Below are positions 38,701 through 46,999 of a DNA stretch of 64,000 bases, piece after piece; the first letter of the stretch is position 1; each line of letters opens with the position of its first letter. Under the pieces are notes generated by a model, which was not told where the DNA came from, made no database searches, and was given only the letters and a program-made list of their open reading frames with translations. A program made the translations under genes and the position numbers. The stretch is from Camelus ferus (taxonomy: Eukaryota), in the NCBI RefSeq assembly GCF_009834535.1, contig NC_045698.1, positions 498,001 to 562,000 of the forward strand, in the 5' to 3' direction.

Positions 38701-41700
38701 CGTGGCGACCTGGAGCCTGTGGCAGGGCCGCCTTCCTGCAGGTCCCGGCTTCACAGCAGCAGGAGCAGAGAGCTTGGGGCGGCGTGCCGAGAGAAGCAAC
38801 CTCCCCCCCATGATGCATGCTGGCTGCCAACGCGGCACGACTGTGTCCCTGGGACACCCCGCGCAGGTCCTGCATGGAGGGCACTTCCTGGGAGCAGAGG
38901 GCCAACGAGTACTCGTTAAACAGCACGCACGTGGAACAGCAGTGAGGTCAGTGGGGGCACTGCGCAGGGCTGACAGATGGGCTTGGCTGCCCACACCTGG
39001 GACACAGCGCACACGTGGTGGGGGGCTGTCCCAGCCTTTGCCGCCTATGTCTCTCAGGGGACCCTTCCCAGGACAAGTGACGTGCTGGCTGCAGGATGGT
39101 GGTGCACTGGCATGTGGAAAGGTCAACGCCCCGCACAACTAACCTCAGGGCCCAGGTCTCCTGACACCCCGGTGTTAACAGTGACACTCATCACCCGCCC
39201 ACCACGTCCCTCGCTCACGATCAAGATGGGCGAAGGAGCAGGGCCCCTCTCCTCTGGGCACTGGGTCTGAGCTATGTCCCAGCTGCCTGGCGAGACCTGG
39301 GGCTGGCACAGGGACCCAGCTCCTGTGGAGGGCACGCTCCCACCAGGCTGCACGTGTGGCCCAACCACCCATGAGCCACGGCAACACACGGGAGCACCTC
39401 CTCGCCCACAGCCCGCGGAGCAGTGGGCCCAGGCGGCCGGCCGTTACCTGATGACTTCTCTGCTCGGCCTCTTAGATTTCTTGGCAGTTTCTACTTGCAC
39501 AGGCACGACTTCGGGAACAGGCTCCTCGACGGCTGTGTCTTCGCTGCCCAGAAGAGCTGCCTGCTGAGAGAAATCCATGTCCTGCATAAACGACACGCTG
39601 CGCTTCAGAGCTAACAGCCGCTCCTAGAATCAGAAAGCACAGAGCAGCAGGGACTTTACCTCTCCCTCCAGCCGAAGCACCGTGACGATGGCATGGGATG
39701 GGGCTGGTCTCACCTGGCCTAACCGCTAGCCCTCCACGGTGGGGCAGCCAAAGGGGCAGAGCCAGCAGGGCAGGCACAGGCCAGAGGGCACGAGCCGCGC
39801 CTCACCTACAGGTTGCTCAGGCGCAAAGCACTGCCCTGGCCACCTGACGCACGCAGCCCGGCTCACGGGAGAGATCGGGGAGGCTGCTGGGACGGCCAGG
39901 ACAGCCATCTGGATTCAGAGAGCGGCGCTCAAAGCAAACCTGCAGGGCAGGCTGCGGTCCAGTCAGACCAACAGGTTGGAGCCTTGCACCAACCCTACAG
40001 GAGACGGGGTGGCCAGGCCAGCGTGCAGGAGCAGAAGAGGAGGTGCCTGGAGGAGAGGGCGGCTGGGAGGTCTACGCTAGTGTGGAAGGGCCCACGCGGT
40101 GGCCAGTGACGCATGGATGGAAGTGTGTCATTTGCTGTGTTTCTGTTTTGGCCTAAAGAAGTGAGGAGGAGCCTGGCAGAGGCCCCTGGCCGTCAGAAGG
40201 CATCTTACTTTGCTCATCATCTTAAAGCCGGCGTGGAGGATCTTCTTGGCTAGCTTGTAGTACACGGTGTCTGGTCTGTTGTACGTCATGGCGTTGTCAC
40301 ACATCAGCTTGAAATCGGCCTGAAGGAGAAGGAAAGAACCCGTCATGTCTGAAACATCACACAGGTGACAGCAAAGAGTTGAGAATCCTATCAAAAGAGG
40401 CTGAAATGGAGTGGAAAACAATCCGGCTCTTTGATTTAAAAAATAAACCTTTTAGAATTGAAGTACAGCTGACTTACAATACTGTATTTGTAAACAACGT
40501 GACCGACAAGGGTGTAATCTACAAAATACACAAACAGCTTATATAACTCAATATCCAAAAGCAAACAACCCAATCCAAAAATGGACAGACCTAAACACAC
40601 ATTTCCCCAAAGAAGACATCCAGGTGGCCAACAGGCACATGAAAAGACGCTCAATATTGCTATTAGAGAAACACAAATCAAAACCACTATGAGGTGTCAC
40701 CTCACTCCAGCCGGAATAGCCATCAACAAAAAGTCCACAAAGGATAAATGCTGGAGAGGGTGTGGGGAACAGGGACCCTCCTACACTGCTGGTGGGAGTA
40801 TAAACTGGGCAGCCACTGTGGAGGACAGTAGAGGTTCCCTAAAAAACTAAAACTAGACTTACCCTATGATCCAGCAATCCCACTCCTGGGCACATTATCT
40901 GGAGAAAATGAAAACTCGAATTTGAAAAGACACACGCACCCCAGTGTTCACAGCAGCACTATTTACAATAGCCCAGACGTGGAAGCACCTAAATGTCCAT
41001 CGACAGAAGGCTGGATGAAGAAGTTGTGGTGTATTTATATAATGGAATACTACTCAGCCATAAAAAAGAATGAAATAATGCCATTTGCAGCAACATGGAT
41101 GGACCTGGAGATCATTATACTAAACAAAGTCACAGAAACACAAATACCATACGGTATCACTTACATGTGGAACCTAAAAAAGTGATACAAGTCAACCTAT
41201 TTACAAAGCAGAAACAGACTCACTGACAGAGAGCAAACTTATGGTTGGGGGGAAAGGGGGAGGGATAAATCAGGAGTTCAGGACTGGCAGATACACACTA
41301 TCATACATAAAATAAACAAGGGCCTACTGTATAACACAGGGAACTGTATTCAGTATTGTGTAATAACCTGTAATAAAAATTTGAAAAAGAACACACATAT
41401 ATGCAAAAAATTGGATCACTTTGCCATATATGTGAAACTAACACAACACTTAAATCAACTATATTTCAATTTTAAAAAAACTGCAGGGTGGGAAGGGATA
41501 GACTGGGATTTCAAAATGTAGAACAGATAAACAAGATTATACTGTGTAGCACAGGGAACTATATACAAGATCTTACGGTAGCTCACAGAGAAAAACATGT
41601 GACAATGACTGTATATATGTTCATGTATAATTGAAAAATTGTGTTCTACACTGGAATTTAACACAACATTGTAAAATTATCACAAATCAATAAAAAATGT

Positions 41701-44700
41701 TGAAAAAAAACTGCATTTCAGGTACAGCAAAGTTACATATTATATAAATACATATAAGTGATGTCACATAATACTTACCTTTCTCTGTCCGACTGACCTC
41801 ACTTAATATGGTAATTGCTAGGTCCATCCATGTTGCTGCAAATGGCAGCATTTCATTCTTTTTTATGGCTTAGTAATTAAAGAATAATTTTTAAAAACTT
41901 TTTCTGAAAAATTTTCGTAACTGTTGATTGGTCTTTACTTGCATAAAAAGTATTCCAGTGTAAGTGTGCCACAGTCTGTACCTGGTGTTGAGTGTGACAC
42001 ATGCATGTCAGAGGAGTAAAGCGACAGGTCCCTCGCTTCCTTCCCAACAGCCTCCTCCCTCTCTTTGGGAGGAGCTCAGACGTACACAGGAGCGAGAGCC
42101 AACACCTGGCTCTTCTAAGCAACAGGGGAGGAGAGGTGGGCATGCCCTCTACCACTGGGGTTTCTCCACAGAATTCAAAACTATGTCTACAGATAGTTAC
42201 TCTGGTACCGTCAGAAACACACCTTCCCTCTCAGTGAGCAACTTACACTAAAAGCACATTAAACGAAATACCTGTATATCATGCTAACCAAGTCACTTGG
42301 CACCCACCTGGCACAGGTGAGTTGGACATCAGGATGGACAATGACCACCGACACCAACCACACTAATGGAGCGGGCGCTACCTGGACCCCTTTCGGGTCG
42401 CTGTGCCAGGATCTCCAGGGCTGGGACTGATGCCAGAAAGCCCCCCCCCCCCCGTTACAGGGCCCAACTGTGATGGGTGCAAAACTCTCTTGAGAACGAG
42501 GTGGATGCTACTCGCATCTTGGCTTTGTCACTGGGCAAGTGACCACACTGGGGGCTCCCAGGTATGAAAGGTCGAGGATGGCAGGGCACGGATTACTGTT
42601 AACTGCCTGCCCGTGGGGGTATTGCCTGATCGGCCTATGGAAACTTTCCTTTTCTCTCACTCTCTCCTCAGTCTGTTGTGTTGTTCCGGCAGGTCAGCAA
42701 ACCCCCTCAGAAATGCCTCCAATCAGTAAAAACAGAAAAGCCAAGCTTTTGCAAAGTTTACTGAACCAAAGAGAGAAACCGAATGCCCTTTCTAAATGAT
42801 GCTGTCGTGTGCTGTCAAGCACTCATTTTGATTTTCCCCTGAGTTTCAAAGCCAACAAGCCATACCTTTCACAGCCGCTAATAAAAAAAGAGTTAAGAAC
42901 ATAGTACTCAGAAAATATAAAAATATGTTATCCTAAAAAAAATTAAACTCTCAGATATTACAAGACAAAACTAAGCATCAGGAAAATTATGTTTCTATAA
43001 ACACCCATTCTGGAGCCAGGCCACACGGAACGTGCCCCTGCTGGGCAGCACGTCTCTCCGCGCCAGCACAGCAGCTTACAGAGCAGCGCGCCTGAAGGGA
43101 GCGACATGCGGGCCAGGCCAGCTCCAGACCAAAACACGGAGAAGGCCACAGCCCACCCACCTCCTTGACTGCCGTGCTGGTGCAGCACATACAGACACCT
43201 GAGACTGGAAAAGACCGAAGACGCAGGAAGCATCCACTGGACGTGAACACACATGGAGCTTCCTCACGATGATTTCAGGAGCTGAAATTAACGCACCTTA
43301 AATTCCGTGACTGACTTGTACTCATTAGCTACAATTTTGTCTTTCATTGTGCCGAAATCCATCGGATGTTTTATTATCATCGAGTATCCAGGAGCTATGG
43401 CATCCGTGACAGGAAAAGCAAAAAACCCATGAGGATCTTTCCTGAAAACAGAAAACATCTTTATTTACACTGGAAAACCACTAAAAAACAAAATCTCTCA
43501 CAGTAAAACATTTGATACAACTGACCAAATTTTAAGGTTGTTTCTTAAAAATAACAAATGGAATTTACGTTCCTTAAAATTGTTTTTGGATACACTAAAA
43601 ATTCCAAAACTACCATCCTTGGCTCCAGCCGTGACAGCTACATCAGGGCGTCTCTGATACCCCCGTGCTGACTCACGGCAGATGGAGCACGGAGGGGTGC
43701 TTGGGTCCCCCAGCTTTGCTCCCAACAGTACGTGCACCCCAGATGGCCTGGACATCCCCAGGAGAGGTGAAGTGATGGGGGGCCAGCCCGCCGCAGAGAG
43801 AAGACAGCCCAAACGTCCCTGCACAAGCTCTTTACCTCTGGAGCTGGCGCAGGAAATGCTCGAGCAGCTGCTGAATAGGCGTGCTCTCGTTTTCAGCTGA
43901 TAGTTTAAAAAGCAGAAAAAAACTGGATTAAAGGACTTCATTATCACTTCACTAGAAAGTGGCTTCCAATTCATGGTACTTATTTACCTACTTCCTGTTT
44001 CACACTTTTTTAGGTTCAAATGAGAGTTGGGTATGAAGACAAGCAGACGCGGCCTTGGTCCCCACAAAGCTCGGCTGCACCCCCGGCACTGGTCCCCCAA
44101 ACCCCTCAGGCTGCCAACATTCCTCAGAACCACCACAGGGAGCTACACTCATCAGCTTGTCCCCGGCCCCTCTCCCTCTTGGCACAGTCCAGACCAGGTG
44201 AGGAGGAGCAAGCAAAGGCTGTGGATATAGAAGTTGACCCTGGATGCACCGATACCACTTCACTTGAGAGTTCTAAACTTCTGGTCAGGCCATTGTTCAT
44301 CTGTAAAATGGGAATAAAGTACACCCCACAGAGGAGCTCCTGTGGAGACTCCTACTGTGAACTCCGCCCCTGGACCCACAGTGTGAAAACATGGTTTTGG
44401 GAGATGTAAACCAAGAGGTCAGTATGGGCTTCCTTCTACAAGAGTATGCATGTGTGGTCTTTCTTGGCTCCGTCCACTGGGGTCCACACCCAGCACCCAG
44501 ATCTCGGTTTCGTCGGGAAGGAGCCAGGGCTCCTTGGAGAAACAGCTCATTCCAGGGCTAAAGGGCAACATGAGTGCAGACTAGCAGGCCCACAAGAGTG
44601 ACCCCCTGAGAGTGACCAGGATAGGTCCAAGAAAGCATCATGAGATCACTGGCTTTTCCGGAACACTGGGGAAACGCGAGTCGTAGGGCCTCAAACAGGC

Positions 44701-46579
44701 AGGTAACCAGACTGAGCGCGTAATTACCTGTCACTGCAGTAACTCTGCAGGTGCGCTGCTCTGTGCCTGACCTCTGCTCCCACGGGCCTGAGCGCCACCA
44801 GTTCATCACGGGAATGACTCCACATAGGGGTGGGGTGGCATCAGGAAACAACACTCCATGACTGCAATACCTCCCACCTCCCCCAGCAAATCAAAGAAAA
44901 GAAATGCCTGGAAAGCAAACCTGCCTCCGACCCAGGCCCTCCTGACCACCCAAGAGCACTGAGGGAAGTGACCAAACACAGGTCACAGGGTCCTGAGCGT
45001 TCCGGAAGCCTTCCTCTGCTGGGGGCAGTGCAGCTGCACGTTTCAATGGCCTAAATAACTGACCTCAGCACTAACCTCCCCCTGTTACGATGAACTTCTT
45101 CTTAGCTCAGGGACTCAAAAAAAGAAAAGGCAGGACAGGGGTGAGCCAAGGCCAGCTCTAGAAGTTTAAAGAGCCTGAGGTTCAGCTGCTCTGTGTGAGG
45201 CCCCAGAAGAGAAGACCCTCCTCCTTCTGTCGAAGGAGAGGAAGCCGACTACTGCATCACAGCGACCAGCTTAAAGCTCCAGGATCTGGAGACACCAGCA
45301 CTTGCCTGGCTGCGTCCGGCAGGCGCGGACTGGCCGATCGGGGGGCGGTTCCACCTCCACCTTCCTCCCGGGACCGAAATCATCCGCCTCCCCCTCCGTG
45401 TCACAGTGCTCCTTCTCCCGTTTCCGCTTCTTCTCCTCCTGTCAGGCAGGGTCAAGGCAGTGAGAGCAACCAAGCAGCTTTAAACACATCTCCTGTTTCT
45501 CAGGGGAGCCAAGAGAGAAAGCCCTCTTCCAGACTCCTCTTACTCCAGGGTCCCGCCCTGACAAGCAACCCCCGCCCCCCACAGGGCTCAGGCGACCGCC
45601 GCTTCACCAACAGCCAGAACTGAAGCGACTGACTCTGTGGGGTGCGCGCTTGGCTACAGACAGAGCGCCCCTTTCCCAAGGCGGGGAAGCACCTGCGCCT
45701 GCCTGCCCCCAGGCCTTCTGGGCGCCCTCCTTCACCTTTCGCTTCCTCCTTTCTTCGTCGTCAAGGTGCTTCTCCTTCTCAGACTTCTTCTTCTTCTTCT
45801 TCTTCTTCTCTCTGTGTCTCTCCCGCTCATGGTCCGACCTGTCATCGTAGTAACTGGAGTCGTGGCCTGACCCTGAGAGTTCCGTCACTTCGCTTCCTCC
45901 GACTTTGAGGACCAGCTTCAGGGGCTTCTCCAGGGGCTTGTCTGCGTAATCTGTAGGCAGAGGTGGTGCCTTCACCCTGTGTGCTTACGGTGCTTCAAGA
46001 CACGTACTGCCCAGCCGGGGGCATGGCCGGTCCAAGGTGGGAGTCACAGGAAGAACACCAAGGCCCAGGAAGAGGGGGGCACTGGATGAACTAAGGTGGA
46101 CCGCAGGCGAACGCCAGAACCATCGGGGAAGATGCCCGGCGAAAGGCAGTGGCAGGGCGCTCCTTCCCCTTCCCTTCCCTCTCCTCAGGCTGTTATCCTC
46201 GCGGGAGCCAGGAGGGAGGCCCTCCGTCTCTGTCAGGGAGCGCGCGCCAGACCGCTCTCCTGTCCCCCGGCTCCTGCCCTGCAGCCGCCCCCGTGCGGCG
46301 TCCCTGACAGGGGGCCGGGCGCGGCAGGACCAGGGCACAGGCGGGGAAACGGCGGGAGACCTCGGAACACGAGACGCTCAGCGCGCTTCTCCAGGACGCC
46401 GCGGGGAGTGGAGCGGCCGGGCGCTCGGGTGCCGCGTCCCCGGGACCCCCGCCCGCGAGCCCGGGAGCCCCGCCGCCGCGAACGCCCGCCCGGCGTCACA
46501 AAGCGCGCCCGCGGCCTCACGCCTCACCCTCGTACGACGAGCGCCATTCGGTCTTGTGCTTCTTGTGCTTTTTGCCCAT
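20646..46579 (-). CDS. BRD9: Bromodomain-containing protein 9 (ncBAF/GBAF subunit), 16 coding exons, 1791 nt, 596 aa (616 aa with long exon 7)
   Basis: join(46579-46528,45950-45736,45438-45306,43896-43836,43441-43297,40319-40209,39563-39448,38241-38109,36563-36488,35836-35741,35142-35010,33460-33349,31829-31791,23980-23881,21948-21781,20746-20646) is one open frame from MGKKHKKHK through the bromodomain ([23 protein letters not shown]...[15 protein letters not shown]) to [13 protein letters not shown]. Confidence 0.97.
21781..21948 (-). CDS. BRD9: BRD9 exon 15 ([17 protein letters not shown]...DRDQHHL)
   Basis: 168 nt; tttcag acceptor, gtgagg donor. Confidence 0.95.
23412..23535 (+). mobile_element. 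MER20-like remnant in BRD9 intron 14
   Basis: tgttcagcaacatc...tgtgaccccaaagatgtctccagaca. Confidence 0.55.
23881..23980 (-). CDS. BRD9: BRD9 exon 14 ([33 protein letters not shown])
   Basis: 100 nt; ctgcag acceptor, gtaggt donor. Confidence 0.93.
25536..25758 (+). mobile_element. Short L1 3'-UTR insertion (about 225 bp)
   Basis: Starts at ggggtgggaagggatagactggg and ends in an A tail; imperfect TSD aaaa(t)gtta(c/a)atctaa; near-identical to 41486-41710. Confidence 0.8.
25786..30752 (+). mobile_element. Decayed near-full-length LINE-1 with internal deletion, in BRD9 intron 13 (antisense to BRD9)
   Basis: 5' UTR-like region; ORF1 N-terminus from 26830 ([15 protein letters not shown]); ORF2 endonuclease (VNIYAPN, RIDHML, SDHN), RT (LFAD region about 28760; YLGINL) and C-terminal pieces with many stops and frameshifts; AATAAA 30728-30733 and A tail. 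Confidence 0.93.
31791..31829 (-). CDS. BRD9: BRD9 exon 13 ([13 protein letters not shown])
   Basis: 39 nt; ttgcag acceptor, gtgagt donor. Confidence 0.93.
32560..33170 (+). mobile_element. Ancient L1M ORF1-like fragment
   Basis: gctgaaaatcttccagattt...aactgcagac...cagaaacgatgcaagtcaga...ttcaaaaatgaaggtaaaataaagactttc ([11 protein letters not shown] is ORF1-like). Confidence 0.6.
33349..33460 (-). CDS. BRD9: BRD9 exon 12 ([12 protein letters not shown]...[12 protein letters not shown])
   Basis: 112 nt; ccccag acceptor, gtgggc donor. Confidence 0.95.
34535..34850 (+). mobile_element. Degenerate MaLR solo LTR (MLT1-like)
   Basis: aactgtcccc...gaagccctgacccca...tggagac...tctcagactccagcctcc pattern. 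Confidence 0.55.
35010..35142 (-). CDS. BRD9: BRD9 exon 11 (TFLSSAS...[16 protein letters not shown]), DUF3512 region
   Basis: 133 nt; tcccag acceptor, gtgggt donor. Confidence 0.95.
35260..35385 (+). mobile_element. MER20-like hAT DNA transposon remnant
   Basis: acccactagatgccag...tgacaatcaaagtgtccccagacatggccaaac. Confidence 0.65.
35741..35836 (-). CDS. BRD9: BRD9 exon 10 ([18 protein letters not shown]...ERRSR)
   Basis: 96 nt; ttgcag acceptor, gtgagt donor. Confidence 0.95.
36488..36563 (-). CDS. BRD9: BRD9 exon 9 ([25 protein letters not shown])
   Basis: 76 nt; tcgcag acceptor, gtgggt donor. Confidence 0.95.
37390..37535 (+). mobile_element. MER33-like hAT remnant
   Basis: aaactttctagcaggcac...aaaagaaacaggtg...ccagcgtgtacttcacagactcagcac. 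Confidence 0.45.
38109..38241 (-). CDS. BRD9: BRD9 exon 8 ([22 protein letters not shown]...VPGGK)
   Basis: 133 nt; tcacag acceptor, gtagca donor. Confidence 0.95.
39448..39623 (-). CDS. BRD9: BRD9 exon 7, long form 39623-39448 ([20 protein letters not shown] + QAALLG...), short form 39563-39448
   Basis: Two in-frame acceptors 60 nt apart (ttctag, tctcag); gtaacg donor. Confidence 0.93.
40209..40319 (-). CDS. BRD9: BRD9 exon 6 ([21 protein letters not shown]...KMMSK), acetyl-lysine-binding Asn
   Basis: 111 nt; cttcag acceptor, gtaaga donor. Confidence 0.96.
40490..41480 (+). mobile_element. 5'-truncated LINE-1 (ORF2 C-terminus plus 3' UTR) in BRD9 intron 5
   Basis: Translates to L1 ORF2 end motifs ([39 protein letters not shown]), followed by 3' UTR and A tail. 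Confidence 0.9.
41486..41710 (+). mobile_element. Short L1 3'-UTR insertion (about 225 bp) inserted in the tail of the preceding L1
   Basis: Perfect TSD AAAAAAACTGCA at 41474-41485 and 41704-41715. Confidence 0.85.
41716..41877 (-). mobile_element. Minus-strand L1 3' fragment, continuing from 40455-40489
   Basis: tttcaggtacagcaaag...ctaggtccatccatgttgctgcaaatggc...ttcttttttatggct is the reverse complement of L1 3'-end sequence. Confidence 0.7.
43297..43441 (-). CDS. BRD9: BRD9 exon 5 ([19 protein letters not shown]...SVTEFK), bromodomain ZA loop
   Basis: 145 nt; tttcag acceptor, gtgcgt donor. Confidence 0.96.
43836..43896 (-). CDS. BRD9: BRD9 exon 4 ([19 protein letters not shown]), start of bromodomain
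   Basis: 61 nt; tatcag acceptor, gtaaag donor. Confidence 0.95.
45306..45438 (-). CDS. BRD9: BRD9 exon 3 ([16 protein letters not shown]...RACRTQP)
   Basis: 133 nt; tgacag acceptor; non-canonical donor CAG|GCAAGT. Confidence 0.92.
45736..45950 (-). CDS. BRD9: BRD9 exon 2 ([16 protein letters not shown]...EERRKRK)
   Basis: 215 nt; ctacag acceptor, gtgaag donor; poly-Lys tract. Confidence 0.96.
46528..46579 (-). CDS. BRD9: BRD9 exon 1 CDS ([17 protein letters not shown])
   Basis: Kozak gccgccaccATGG; gtgagg donor; 52 nt. Confidence 0.95.
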
Positions 46580-46749
46580 GGTGGCGGCGCCCAGGGCAGC
46601 AGCGAGCCTGGCCGGAGCCCCCGCGGCCCCGGCTGGCCGCCCGCCTCGCCCGCGGAGCTCCCTGGGACGCACCGGAAGCGGACGCCGCGGCCGGAAGTGG
46701 CCCCGCCCGCCGGCGCCAGCGCTTCCGGGTCAAGGGGCGGCTTGCCGAG

Positions 46750-46764
46750 CGCGGCAGGTTCGAA
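46750..46764 (+). promoter_or_regulatory. CDE-CHR-like cell-cycle element (CGCGG-N4-TTCGAA)
   Basis: Canonical 4-nt spacing; TTCGAA is a recognised CHR variant; about 145 nt upstream of the TRIP13 ATG. Confidence 0.55.
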
Positions 46765-46907
46765 GCTCGGGCGCGGCGGGCGCGGCGGGCGCGGCGGTGG
46801 CTGAGGCGGCGGTGGCAGCAGCGGTGGCAGCGGTGTGGAGTGAGAGGCGGCGGCGGCCACGCTCCGGCCGGGCCCTCGGGGCTCCCGGCGGCGGCGGCGG
46901 CGGCGCC

Positions 46908-46999
46908 ATGGACGAGGCCGTGGGCGACCTGAAGCAGGCGCTGTCCTGCGTGGCCGACGCACCGACTGTCCATGTGGAGGTGCACCAGCGGAGCGGGAG
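46908..46999 (+). CDS. TRIP13: TRIP13 exon 1 CDS ([12 protein letters not shown]...HQRSG)
   Basis: Kozak ggcgccATGG; gtgagc donor; 92 nt. Confidence 0.95.
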
